A DNA stretch of 64,000 nt from an uncultured Thermococci archaeon (GTDB taxonomy: Archaea; CAYQAE01; CAYVLA01): the NCBI GenBank assembly GCA_964549615.1, contig CAZJVP010000020.1:160001-224000 (forward strand), written 5' to 3'. The notes below the pieces were generated by a model, which saw only the letters and a program-made list of their open reading frames with translations, was not told the origin of the DNA and searched no databases. The translations under genes and the position numbers were made by a program. Shown here piece by piece: positions 1 through 9,412 of the stretch (the first letter of the stretch is position 1; the number at the start of each line of letters is the position of its first letter).

Positions 1-215
1 GGAAGTTCAAGTCCCAGTGGGATCGGCTGGCAAACCTCTCCGACCTGATAAAAGACCTCTGCCAAAAACACGGCGGGCTGGTTCCCGTTGACGAGATACT
101 TGAGAAAGCGCAGGAGCAAGGCATCGACGCGAAGGACGCCACCAAGCTCATAAGCGAGATGAAGAGGAAGGGCGACCTCTACGAGCCCAAGTTCGGCTAC
201 CTGAGCCGGGCGTAA
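1..215 (+). CDS. mcm: 3' end of MCM replicative helicase (C-terminal winged helix), partial
   Basis: Frame from nt 3 reads KFKSQWDRLANLSDLIKDLC...VPVDEILEKAQEQGI...ISEMKRKGDLYEPKFGYLSRA*, ending TAA 213-215; resembles the archaeal MCM C-terminal wHTH (K-S-Q-x-D...G-x-I/L-Y/F-E-P). Confidence 0.75.
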   Translation, partial: KFKSQWDRLANLSDLIKDLCQKHGGLVPVDEILEKAQEQGIDAKDATKLISEMKRKGDLYEPKFGYLSRA

Positions 216-309
216 AGGCCACCCGGAGCCGACTCTTGAGAAAGATACTTATGCCGTGGCGGGGCAGGGACCGTGACCCCGGCGCGGGCTTCTGCTTCTC
301 GGTGATTCC

Positions 310-1539
310 GTGCTTGCCGTAGAGAAACTAAAGGCTATGGTGAAGAGATACCCGCTTTGCGACGCTTGCCTCGGAAGACAGTTCTCCCACGACATGAGCT
401 TGGAGGAAAGCATGCGGCTAGGCCGAAAGATCAGAAGGTTGGCAGGGGCGGACGCTGCCGGCTCACCCTCGGAATGCTTCATCTGCTTTCCGACCAGGCA
501 ACAGCTTTCGGAGCTGGAGGGGCAAGTGCCCCGGACTATGGAGGGCATCGAGTGCGAGACCATCCAGGTTGGGGTGAGCGTACCGGACGAGCTCACGAGG
601 AGGGAGGACGAGCTCAGAATCCGATACTGCCTTCTGGAGAGCGAAAGCATTCGTAGGGAGCTCAGCCATCATGTTGGTCAGAGGTTGGCCCAGAAGCTGG
701 GAGTCAAGATCGACTTTGAGAAGCCCGACGTGACGCTCGTCTTCGACCTTTCGGGCAGCACGCCGAAGCTCCAAGTCCAGATCAACCCGCTCTTCATCTT
801 CGGGCGGTACAGGAAACTTGAGAAGGGGATAGCTCAGACCAAACGGTACTGTTTTTCGTGCCACGGCAAGGGTTGCGAGTCGTGCCTTTTCACGGGATAC
901 GAGTCGGAAGACAGCGTCGAGTCGATGATAGCCAAACGCATCGCGGACTTCTTCGGCGGCAGCGGTTGGAAGTTCCATGGGGCAGGTCGGGAGGACATAG
1001 ATGCGCGCATGCTTGGAAACGGCAGACCTTTCGTTCTGGAGATCCTTAACCCGACGAGGAGGAAAAGAGACCTAAGCGAGCTGGAAGCGGAAACGAACGC
1101 TAGATGGAAGGGCAAGCTGGAGGTCTTCGGCCTCAGACCATCGACCCGCCGCGAGATGCAGCATATCAAGACGAAGAAGTTCGACAAGACCTATGAGCTG
1201 GTCATAGCCTTCCCCGATGGGGTGAGCGAGGAAGCGCTCAGGAAGCTACCAGAGAAGATGTCCGGATGCGAGATACGGCAAAGCACGCCGCTCAGAGTCC
1301 TGCCGAGGAGAAAGGACGCCGTGCGGAAGCGTCTGGTCAAAGCCCTGCAAGTGTTGGAGGTGGATCCCGGCGGTCGGAAAGCGCGGATTCGGCTTCGGGC
1401 CGAAAGCGGGCTCTACGTGAAAGAGTTTGTCACCGGGGACGGCGGGAGGACTGAGCCGAGCATAAAGGACATGCTTGGCGTAACGGACGTTGAGGTGGAA
1501 TCCCTAGACGTGGTGGGCGTGCACGATGATTTGTCCTGA
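310..1539 (+). CDS. pus10: tRNA pseudouridine(54/55) synthase Pus10
   Basis: N-terminal LCDACLGR and CFIC Zn motifs, GRYRKL, catalytic FHGAGREDIDARMLGNGRPF, GLYVKEFVTGDGGRTEPS; upstream of the rpl21e-rpoF-DUF655-ksgA block. Confidence 0.95.
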   Translation: MLAVEKLKAMVKRYPLCDACLGRQFSHDMSLEESMRLGRKIRRLAGADAAGSPSECFICFPTRQQLSELEGQVPRTMEGIECETIQVGVSVPDELTRREDELRIRYCLLESESIRRELSHHVGQRLAQKLGVKIDFEKPDVTLVFDLSGSTPKLQVQINPLFIFGRYRKLEKGIAQTKRYCFSCHGKGCESCLFTGYESEDSVESMIAKRIADFFGGSGWKFHGAGREDIDARMLGNGRPFVLEILNPTRRKRDLSELEAETNARWKGKLEVFGLRPSTRREMQHIKTKKFDKTYELVIAFPDGVSEEALRKLPEKMSGCEIRQSTPLRVLPRRKDAVRKRLVKALQVLEVDPGGRKARIRLRAESGLYVKEFVTGDGGRTEPSIKDMLGVTDVEVESLDVVGVHDDLS

Positions 1540-2887
1540 GAGGATATCCGAACCGGTTAGGGTCACCCCCATATTCGCTGAGTGCGACGTCCTCGTTGTG
1601 GGAGGCGGACCCGCAGGGATTGCTGCAGCGACAAGCTCGGCCAGGAACGGGGCAAGGACGATTCTGGTGGAGGCATACGGGTTCCTCGGCGGAATGCTCA
1701 CCGCGGGCATGGTAAACGTGATCAACGGGTTTCGAAGCCAACGCCACCGACACTGCCCCAGGGCCGTCGGAGGGGTGGCCCAAGAGCTTGTTGAAAGAAT
1801 CGCCCAACACGATGGAGCCTATCTCCCCGACGGATACGTCCCCTACTGTGTGGTGGTGGATCCGGAGGTCGCAAAAATTGCCGCCTTCGAGCTCGTACGG
1901 CAGTCCGGAGCCCGGATGCTGCTCCACACCATCGCCACGAACGCCTTGAGGGAGGCCGGCTCCATATCCGGGATAGTCACGCACAGCAAGTCGGGGCGGA
2001 GGGCGATCAGAGCAAAGGTTGTGGTCGACTGCACCGGCGATGGCGACATCGCCTCCAACGCTGGGGCCGCATATGAGGTAGGCCGATCGATCGACGGGAA
2101 AACACTGCCGATGCAGTTGATGTTCAGAATGCGAGCCGTGGACTGCGGCCGGCTAGCGTCCTACGCCTATTCCAACAGAGCACGCCTGCAGCCGATGTAT
2201 GACATCGAGCCGCTGGATCACGTGATCGAGGCTGCCGAGCTTGGGAGGCCGTTCGGTGTCAGCGGACTCGGCCTGGGTGAGGGGGAGAACTCAGGCACGT
2301 TCTCTTGCATTGTGTGGAGAGGAAGGGCATTGGTCTGGGCCTCCAGACAACACGAGCTCAAAGGTATTGATGTCGAGGACCTGACGGTCGCTGAGATCGA
2401 ATCTAGGCTGGATCTCCCGGCGATAGTGAGCAAGATCAAAAACGTCCCCGGCTTTGAACGGGCGGAACTTGAGCAGACGGCAGCACAGGTGGGCGTTAGG
2501 GAGACGAGGCGAATCGTGGGCGACTACACGCTTACGGAGAAGGACGTCATCGACAGGGGCGAGTTCGAAGACTCGGTCGCCGTTGGGGCGAATCCCATGG
2601 CATGCCTTGGGAGGAGACCGATCCTCGCGCACGACGGTTTCGAGATACCTTTCAGATGCCTCCTGCCGGAAAAGGTCGATGGCGTGCTTCTGGCAGGCCG
2701 GTGCATCTCGGCAAGCCATGAAGCCCATGGATCGATCAGGGCGATGGCAACATGCATGGCGACCGGACAAGCCGCGGGGACGGCAGCCGCCCTTTGTGTC
2801 ATGACCGGCGAGATCCCACGCCACGTTAGCGTTCCGCGGCTTCAGGCTCTCCTGCAGGCGCAGGGCGCTATCGTGAGACGGCCTTGA
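1526..2887 (+). CDS. FAD-dependent oxidoreductase (FAD_oxidored family)
   Basis: DVLVVGGGPAG Rossmann motif, DCTGDGD, GVRETRRIVG, LLAGRCIS...RAMATCMATGQAAG. Confidence 0.88.
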   Translation: MICPERISEPVRVTPIFAECDVLVVGGGPAGIAAATSSARNGARTILVEAYGFLGGMLTAGMVNVINGFRSQRHRHCPRAVGGVAQELVERIAQHDGAYLPDGYVPYCVVVDPEVAKIAAFELVRQSGARMLLHTIATNALREAGSISGIVTHSKSGRRAIRAKVVVDCTGDGDIASNAGAAYEVGRSIDGKTLPMQLMFRMRAVDCGRLASYAYSNRARLQPMYDIEPLDHVIEAAELGRPFGVSGLGLGEGENSGTFSCIVWRGRALVWASRQHELKGIDVEDLTVAEIESRLDLPAIVSKIKNVPGFERAELEQTAAQVGVRETRRIVGDYTLTEKDVIDRGEFEDSVAVGANPMACLGRRPILAHDGFEIPFRCLLPEKVDGVLLAGRCISASHEAHGSIRAMATCMATGQAAGTAAALCVMTGEIPRHVSVPRLQALLQAQGAIVRRP

Positions 2888-2921
2888 CTCCCGGTCTCGA
2901 CATGCCCCGAGAGCCCGAGAG

Positions 2922-2945
2922 GATATATTTATATGGATTTTTATC
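2922..2945 (+). promoter_or_regulatory. AT-rich TATA-like element upstream of rpl21e
   Basis: GATATATTTATATGGATTTTTAT in a GC-rich background ~95-115 nt upstream of the rpl21e ATG. Confidence 0.5.
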
Positions 2946-3038
2946 CGCAATTGAAGCGAAACCCTGCGTCACGTGCTGGAGGGACTCTCTACCTAATTCT
3001 TGCGCGACAGGACCTGACTGGTTCTAGGGTGTGCATTA

Positions 3039-3332
3039 ATGGCCGAAAGATCAAGAGGAAGAAGGTCAAAGACGAGATACAAGCTGCGGAAAGACCTTCG
3101 CGATAGAAGATGTGCCAGCATAGCTAGGGCCACCCAGACGTTCAAACAGGGCGACATCGTCCACATCAAGGTTGACCCAGCCGTCCATGGCGGCATGCCC
3201 CACCCCAGGTTCCATGGGCTCACGGGCATAGTCACCGAGACCAGGGGAAGAGCCTACCTAGTCAAGGTCACGGCTGGGCGCAAGGAGAAGACGATCATAG
3301 TTTCTCCAGAGCATATGTTGCCCCAGAGGTGA
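3039..3332 (+). CDS. rpl21e: 50S ribosomal protein eL21
   Basis: RSRGRRSKTRYKLRK...FKQGDIVHIKVDPAVHGGMPHPRFHGLTG is the L21e signature. Confidence 0.97.
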   Translation: MAERSRGRRSKTRYKLRKDLRDRRCASIARATQTFKQGDIVHIKVDPAVHGGMPHPRFHGLTGIVTETRGRAYLVKVTAGRKEKTIIVSPEHMLPQR

Positions 3333-3339
3333 GTGAGCC

Positions 3340-3837
3340 ATGCTGGCCAAGGAAATTATCTCCGAGAGATACGTCACAGTCCCGGAGGTAAAGGACCTCC
3401 TAACCAAGCGTTCCAAGGTCGACGAACTGAGGTACGAGCAGCGGACCGCCCTGGAGTATGCGACCCGGTTCTCCCGGACCACTGGAAAGGAAGCCAGAAG
3501 ACTGGTCGATAAGCTGATGCAGGAGATCGAGGGTCTGAAGGAGCACCAGGCAGTGCTCATAGTGAACCTGCTGCCCGTTGACAGGAACGACCTTCAGCTA
3601 ATCTTCGCAAAAGAGAGAATCCGGCTGGATGACTCCAAGATCGATGCAATCCTCCGCATAGTGGAAGGAGCCAAACTCATCGCACTCTCCGAGATCGAGT
3701 CGGAACTAGAGAAGGCCCGCCAGGCCGAGAAGGAGGCCTTGGAAGCGGAGGCTGCAAAGCAGAAAGAGGCCCCGAGCGCGCGGGAAGAGAAGGCAGACAA
3801 GGCCGAGGAGCAGGGAAAGCCCAAGAAGTCAGAATGA
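3340..3837 (+). CDS. rpoF: RNA polymerase subunit Rpo4 (RpoF) with charged C-terminal extension
   Basis: KEIISERYVTVPEVKDLL...ELRYEQRTALEYATRFS...IVNLLP; conserved position after rpl21e. Confidence 0.92.
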   Translation: MLAKEIISERYVTVPEVKDLLTKRSKVDELRYEQRTALEYATRFSRTTGKEARRLVDKLMQEIEGLKEHQAVLIVNLLPVDRNDLQLIFAKERIRLDDSKIDAILRIVEGAKLIALSEIESELEKARQAEKEALEAEAAKQKEAPSAREEKADKAEEQGKPKKSE

Positions 3838-3853
3838 AGGGCGGGGGACCTAG

Positions 3854-4411
3854 GTGTACGAAACATATGGCTATGTCCTAGATTACCTCAAAGAGGGTTA
3901 TCCCGAGGATGACAGGCCTAGCTACCTCAAGGAACCCATAGTGCAGATCGTGGGCGAGGACCGTTTCACCCTGCTGGAAGCGACCCCGAAGCCCAAGGTG
4001 ACGATAGAGGTCTACGAAAGGGTCTTCGTGGGCAAAGCGGAGAGGGACAAGATAGGTTTCATCAAGCGGCGGATATCGTACGAGGACCTGACCTCCGCCG
4101 CCAAGGTCGAGCTACCTTACGTCGTCGAGAAGATCGTGGAACGCAAGGAGAAGGAGTACGTCAACTGGTTCAACACGGCCGCCCCCCTAACGACCAGGAT
4201 GCACTCGCTGGAACTGATTCCAGGCATCGGCAAGAAGATAATGTGGGAGATACTTAACGAGAGGAAGCGCAAGCCATTCGAATCATTCAAGGATATCTCC
4301 GAGAGGATTCGCCTCATCCCGGACCCAAAGAAGGCGATCGTGAAGAAGATACTCTCCGAGATACAAGAGCAGGAGAAGTACTACATATTCGCCAATGTCA
4401 TGAGGAAGTGA
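3854..4411 (+). CDS. DUF655 family putative RNA-binding protein
   Basis: YVLDYLKEG, VGEDRFTLLE, TTRMHSLELIPGIGKK (HhH); conserved position between rpoF and ksgA. Confidence 0.92.
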   Translation: MYETYGYVLDYLKEGYPEDDRPSYLKEPIVQIVGEDRFTLLEATPKPKVTIEVYERVFVGKAERDKIGFIKRRISYEDLTSAAKVELPYVVEKIVERKEKEYVNWFNTAAPLTTRMHSLELIPGIGKKIMWEILNERKRKPFESFKDISERIRLIPDPKKAIVKKILSEIQEQEKYYIFANVMRK

Positions 4412-4412
4412 G

Positions 4413-5216
4413 ATGGTCCGCCTGCCTGGCGGCATCCGTCCGAGTAAGCGCCTGGACCAGTACTTTCTCACCGACCAGAGGATCCTTCGCAGGGAGGTCG
4501 ATCTGGCCCAGCTCGCTCGCTCGGATGTCGTCCTCGAGATAGGCGCTGGCAACGGGTGCCTCACCCGGATGATAGCGGAAAGGGCCGGGAAGGTCATAGC
4601 GATCGAGAAGGACCGTCGACTCGCCTCTTTCCTCTCCCGGAACTGCCAGGACAACGTCGAGGTCTTGGAGGGCGACGCCCTCGATCTCGATTTTCCGCCC
4701 TTCAACAAGGCTATGGGGAACCCGCCATACTCCATATCCAGCCCCTTGATCTTCAAGCTCCTGGGCTACTCGTTTGAGCTGGGGGTCTTCACGTTTCAGT
4801 ATGAGTTTGCCCAAAGGATGATCGCCCGGCCGGGGACCGAGGGCTACTCAAGGCTGTCGATGATGCTTGCGCTAGCCACAAACAGGATATCCTTGGAGGA
4901 GGTCGTTCCAAGGGAAGCCTTTTCACCCGTCCCCGAAGTGGACTCCGCCATCGTGGTCATAATACCGAAGCCCGCCTTGAAGTTGGATCCGGTCTCCAGC
5001 CACGTCATCAGGATGCTCTTCTGCCACAAGCGCAAGACGCTAGCAAACGCCATCAAGGACTCCGACAAGGAGCTGCGAAGGCTTTTCGGGCTTGGTTCCT
5101 CAGAGGTCTTGCAGGCGCTTCAAGCCGACTATGACCTGAGGGTGTACCAGATGACCCCCGAACGAATCATCTCCCTATGCGAAGATTTCAAGAGGCTGAT
5201 CGACCGGCGAGCCTAG
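4413..5216 (+). CDS. ksgA: 16S rRNA m6,2A dimethyltransferase RsmA/KsgA/Dim1
   Basis: KRLDQYFL, VLEIGAGNG (SAM binding), GNPPYSISS, YSRLS, FSPVPEVDSA. Confidence 0.95.
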   Translation: MVRLPGGIRPSKRLDQYFLTDQRILRREVDLAQLARSDVVLEIGAGNGCLTRMIAERAGKVIAIEKDRRLASFLSRNCQDNVEVLEGDALDLDFPPFNKAMGNPPYSISSPLIFKLLGYSFELGVFTFQYEFAQRMIARPGTEGYSRLSMMLALATNRISLEEVVPREAFSPVPEVDSAIVVIIPKPALKLDPVSSHVIRMLFCHKRKTLANAIKDSDKELRRLFGLGSSEVLQALQADYDLRVYQMTPERIISLCEDFKRLIDRRA

Positions 5217-5263
5217 GCTCGATCCGAAATCATTTTCACCAAGCGCGGCTACCTACATCATGA

Positions 5264-6364
5264 ATGTTAAGCCTTGAGCAGTACGTCCTTTTCCTCCTCT
5301 CCATGAAGAAGGAGGGCAAGGCGGTCGACCTCGCCCACATACGGGAGAAGGCCGAGAGGGATATGCCAGGGACGAACTTGGGCGCAGTTGAGGAAGCCCT
5401 GGATGCACTCATCGGCCGCGCGTATGTCTCCAGGCACGATGGCAAATTCGTCGCCACGGAGGCTGGGCGGGACAGCTTCAAGGGCATGTTCCCGGCGATA
5501 GAGGAAGAGCTCAGAAAGGTCAACGAGGCATGGACCCTCGTCTACGTTGCGAAGAACTACTACCCCGAGGTTGCGGAGGAAATCACCGCGATCTGCAAGG
5601 ACAGATACGTCGGATTCTTCTGCGTCTTCACCGAGGAGCATTTCTTCAGGAGGAAACTGGGCAGGGACTACATAACGATAAGTCGGCCATCCGAGCTCTT
5701 GCGCCTGGTGGATATGCACTACGTGGACGTGATACCGTGCGTCCACAGGATCGGCTGCGACCGCCCTGACTGGCTCGTCATAGACCTGGACGCTGGCGCT
5801 TCCGTCCCGCTCGCCCAGGTCAAGAAGGCCGCGCTGCTTACTTACGAGGCCCTTCTCGAGCACGGACTCAAGGCCGCACTGAAATTCTCGGGCAGCAGGG
5901 GCTTCCAGGTCTGGGCTCAGATCGCCGAGTTCAAGATGCCCGATCGCTATAGGCCCCTCGTGTCGGGCGGAAGCAGCCAGCGAGCCACCAGCTTCTTCTC
6001 CCTTTTCGCCGACATGATCGCCTACATCGAAGCCCGGATTCACGACCGCATGGAGGGCAAGACGACGAGCACGGTGGCCGACAAAGAGAAAAGGGAGGAC
6101 AAGATCCTTCTGGATTCGAGCTCCATGAAGGAGATGGGACTCGTGAGATCTCCATACAGCCTCCACCACAGAACCGGGCTAGTCTCAATGCCCCTTTCCG
6201 CGGACGAGGTCGAGACGTTCGATGTCTCCATGGCAAGGCCTCAGAACGTCCTCGCGAGATTTCGTAAAAAGGGCAACGAGTTCCGGATTCCGGCAAGTAA
6301 CCCGGAAAAGATAGTCAGGGCGACCTTGGATTGGGTAGAAGATAATAACCGGCGCGTCTCCTAG
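5264..6364 (+). CDS. Archaeo-eukaryotic primase (AEP) superfamily protein, LigD polymerase/Prim-Pol-like, with N-terminal winged helix
   Basis: RPDWLVIDLD (motif I DxD), KFSGSRGFQV (motif II), KILLD (motif III), RSPYSLH...LVSMPL; first ~80 aa end in GKFVATEAGR, typical of a wHTH wing. Confidence 0.8.
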   Translation: MLSLEQYVLFLLSMKKEGKAVDLAHIREKAERDMPGTNLGAVEEALDALIGRAYVSRHDGKFVATEAGRDSFKGMFPAIEEELRKVNEAWTLVYVAKNYYPEVAEEITAICKDRYVGFFCVFTEEHFFRRKLGRDYITISRPSELLRLVDMHYVDVIPCVHRIGCDRPDWLVIDLDAGASVPLAQVKKAALLTYEALLEHGLKAALKFSGSRGFQVWAQIAEFKMPDRYRPLVSGGSSQRATSFFSLFADMIAYIEARIHDRMEGKTTSTVADKEKREDKILLDSSSMKEMGLVRSPYSLHHRTGLVSMPLSADEVETFDVSMARPQNVLARFRKKGNEFRIPASNPEKIVRATLDWVEDNNRRVS

Positions 6365-6390
6365 GCGGATCAAAGGCTGCGTGACCTTAC

Positions 6391-7881
6391 ATGACCAGCA
6401 AAGGCAGCATCATTAGGAGGTCGAGGTTTGAGCGGCCCCAGGATGAGGAAGCGGCCCGATTCCTCTCATCTATGTCCCAGGACCGGAAGATCTTGGAAGC
6501 CGACATCTGGGTGGACAAGGCCCACGTCCTCATGCTGAACAGGCAAGGGATAATCTCGAAAGAACACGCGCTTGCCATCCTTGGCGCGCTCGACGCCATT
6601 GCGTCAGCCGACCCCGACGAACTCCTGTCCAAGAAATCCGACGACGTGCATGTCCTCCTGGAGACGGAGCTGATCCGAAGGCTGGGGGAGGACGTCGGCG
6701 GCAGGCTCCATACTGCGAGGTCCCGAAACGACGAGGTGGCATGCTGTATTCGGATCGCGCTGCGGGACGAGCTGACGCTCATCCTGGAAGGGATATCGAA
6801 GCTCCAGGTCGTTCTCCTGAATCTGGCTGCCCAGCACACGAAGACGATCATGCCTGGCTACACCCACCTTCAGCGGGCCCAGCCGACCACCCTGGCGCAC
6901 CATCTCGTGGCCCACGCCTATGCCTTGCAGAGGGACGCCGCCCGCCTCATGAGCTGTTACGACAGGACCAACGTAAGCCCCTTGGGAGCCGGGGCGATGG
7001 CCTCGACGAGCTATCCCATCGACCCCGAGCTGACGGCCGACCTGCTCGGTTTTGAATCCGTGGCGCGGAATTCGATTGATGCGGTCGCATCTAGGGACTT
7101 TCTTCTGGAGGCGCTCTCCTGCCTCTCCATACTTGGGACAAACCTCAGCCGAATCGCGGAGGAGCTGATCCTATGGAGCACATCCGAGTTCGGTTTCATC
7201 CAGTTTTCAGACGAGTACTCATCGACCAGTTCCATCATGCCCCAAAAGAGGAACCCTGACGTGGCCGAACTCGCAAGGGCTCGAACCTCAACGGTCACGG
7301 GATGTCTCTTCTCGGCTTTCGCCATCTGCAAGGCTCTGCCGCTCTCCTACAACCTGGACTTCCAGGAAGCAACCACCCATCTCTGGCGGGCGACGGAGAC
7401 GATGCGATCCATCTTGGCCGTCCTCAGCGGAGCAATCTCGACTATGACGGTCCGTGGCGATGCGATGAGGCAAGCCGCCACCGCCGGGCTCACGTGGGCG
7501 ACGGATCTCGCCGACCTGATCGTGTTGGAGCATGGACTGCCCTTCAGGACAGCCCACTCCATCGTCGCTGCCGTTGTAAGAGATTCGACGGGTGAAAGCG
7601 ACCCGGAGCGCATATCCGCGGCGATCTCCCGCGCTTCCAGGGAGGTCGTCGGGAGGGAAATCGTCATCCCCAACGAGAAGCTCCGCCGGATCCTGGACGT
7701 CGAGTCCAGCATTGCCTCAAAGAAGGCCTGCGGCGGCCCATCGCCGGCGGAGGTGCAAAGGTCGATCCGCAGGCTGAGAGCCTCCGTCAACAGAAATCTT
7801 TTGTGGGCCGCCGCAAAGCAGAGAAGAATCTCCACGTCAAAGGAGAAGGTCGCGGCCCTACAGGCCGCCCTCTCCTGCTAG
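6391..7881 (+). CDS. argH: Argininosuccinate lyase
   Basis: LHTARSRNDEV, MPGYTHLQRAQP, SSIMPQKRNPD, PFRTAHSIV. Confidence 0.96.
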   Translation: MTSKGSIIRRSRFERPQDEEAARFLSSMSQDRKILEADIWVDKAHVLMLNRQGIISKEHALAILGALDAIASADPDELLSKKSDDVHVLLETELIRRLGEDVGGRLHTARSRNDEVACCIRIALRDELTLILEGISKLQVVLLNLAAQHTKTIMPGYTHLQRAQPTTLAHHLVAHAYALQRDAARLMSCYDRTNVSPLGAGAMASTSYPIDPELTADLLGFESVARNSIDAVASRDFLLEALSCLSILGTNLSRIAEELILWSTSEFGFIQFSDEYSSTSSIMPQKRNPDVAELARARTSTVTGCLFSAFAICKALPLSYNLDFQEATTHLWRATETMRSILAVLSGAISTMTVRGDAMRQAATAGLTWATDLADLIVLEHGLPFRTAHSIVAAVVRDSTGESDPERISAAISRASREVVGREIVIPNEKLRRILDVESSIASKKACGGPSPAEVQRSIRRLRASVNRNLLWAAAKQRRISTSKEKVAALQAALSC

Positions 7882-7891
7882 CAGTTGTCGG

Positions 7892-8779
7892 GTGCGTCGT
7901 GTGGAATGGTCTCAAGGCAGTGCAGAGGATAACCGCGCGCGGCGTTTCATGGCCATGGCAAGGGATAGGCTGGCCGAGGCCGCTCGGACGGGGGCCGATC
8001 CGTCGGTACTGGACCAAGCAAGCAGATATCTCTCGGATGCGCAGTATCACTTGGAAAAGGGGGATGAGGAGACGGCTCTGGCATCGGCCAGCTACTCGCA
8101 TGGCCTCCTGGATGGCTGCCTGGGCGTCAGTGAGGCCAAAGCCAGACAGACATCATTGCTGGCGAACGTCTTCATCAACGAGCTTCGGGGGACGCCATTC
8201 GTAACGCACCTGGCCTCCTTACTTGGGATCGGCGAGGACTCCATAAACATCACGCTGGAGATGTTGCAACGGCAGGGCCTCGTTACGCTGAGTGGCGGAC
8301 GGGTCCGACTCACCCCGGCAGGGAGATCCAAGCTCAAGGTTGGACTTGTCGCCGGAGTCTTTGATCTGATTCATCCGGGGCACATCGCCCTGCTGAGATG
8401 GGCCAAGAAGCGCGTCGACGTCCTGACCGTCGTCGTCGCCCGCGACCCAGGCTCGCAGATGAGGAAGGGCAGGGCACCCGTCCAGAACGAGGCCGACCGT
8501 CTAGCCGTTGTTTCGGCCCTCAAACCGGTCGACTACGCGTGTCTGGGTGACCGCGAGGATATCTACTTGCCCGTCCTGCGGATCCGGCCGGACCTCATCA
8601 TCCTTGGAAAGGACCAGGACGCGGACCCCGCCAAGATAAGGTCGGACCTTGCAAGAAGAAACCTAAGGGTGAAGGTCGTGAGAAGCCGCGCATGGGACTC
8701 GGGCGATCTGTCCAAGACCACGAAGATCGTGGACGAAATTAGAAGACGATCATCAGGGACTGGAGGGAAGGACCGTTAG
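7892..8779 (+). CDS. ribL: DUF357 / winged-helix / FAD synthase (RibL-like cytidylyltransferase) fusion
   Basis: ASRYLSDAQYHLEKGD..TALASASYSHGLLDG (DUF357-like), wHTH ending VRLTPAGR, then AGVFDLIHPGH (HxGH) and RPDLIILGKDQ; convergent with riboflavin kinase. Confidence 0.78.
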   Translation: MRRVEWSQGSAEDNRARRFMAMARDRLAEAARTGADPSVLDQASRYLSDAQYHLEKGDEETALASASYSHGLLDGCLGVSEAKARQTSLLANVFINELRGTPFVTHLASLLGIGEDSINITLEMLQRQGLVTLSGGRVRLTPAGRSKLKVGLVAGVFDLIHPGHIALLRWAKKRVDVLTVVVARDPGSQMRKGRAPVQNEADRLAVVSALKPVDYACLGDREDIYLPVLRIRPDLIILGKDQDADPAKIRSDLARRNLRVKVVRSRAWDSGDLSKTTKIVDEIRRRSSGTGGKDR

Positions 8780-9412
8780 GCAGACCAGGTCCCCGTCCCT
8801 GAGGCCCAGCCTCTCCCTCAAGTTCACATCGGACACGACCTCTAGGACGTCCTTGGGGTAGTGGGTTCTGTCAGGGATGAATATCACGCCTTGGGCCTCG
8901 GAGCCGATCCGCACCCTGAAACATTTCCCGCCCCCAAAGCTCCGGCCCCCGGACTGAAATCCGTCGATCTTCAGGCCGGGCCTTGCCCGGATCTCGTCTG
9001 CTGAGCCGGCTGGGATCCTCAGGTTCAGAGTCCCTGGGTAAGGATCAAAACCAAGCCTATCCCTGAACTGTTTGCGGTAGCCTTCCTGACTCATGTAGTA
9101 TGCTCCCTCGCCAAGCCCGGTGAAGACGGTGCCCTCGATCGTGCATCCCTCCAGTATCTTCGTCAACAGCTTGTGCAGATCTTGGAGCTGGTTCATCCCC
9201 GCGGGCGTGATCTTGACTGTCTGGGCCTTCCCTTCTTTCTGTCTGGTCACAAGGCCGTTTCTCTCCATGCACATCAGCACGCGGCTGGCGGTCTGTTGAG
9301 ACCTCCCTATTGCGGCTCCCAGCTCCGCGGTGGAAACCTTGACGTGCCTCCTATCCGCCCCGCGCAGGGCAAGCTCCACAAGATAGGCCAGTTCTAGAAA
9401 TCGCATCATCAT
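8753..9412 (-). CDS. ribK: CTP-dependent riboflavin kinase with N-terminal MarR-like HTH
   Basis: SQQTASR HTH; GTVFTGLGEGAYY, PYPGTLN, PDRTHY..DVLEVVS..NLR..LGLRDGD. Confidence 0.93.
   Translation of the reverse strand: MMMRFLELAYLVELALRGADRRHVKVSTAELGAAIGRSQQTASRVLMCMERNGLVTRQKEGKAQTVKITPAGMNQLQDLHKLLTKILEGCTIEGTVFTGLGEGAYYMSQEGYRKQFRDRLGFDPYPGTLNLRIPAGSADEIRARPGLKIDGFQSGGRSFGGGKCFRVRIGSEAQGVIFIPDRTHYPKDVLEVVSDVNLRERLGLRDGDLVCLTVLPSSP

Noticed and set aside
2946-3038. Long leader before rpl21e as a possible sRNA or autoregulatory element
   Set aside because: One CTGA but no C box and no convincing stem.
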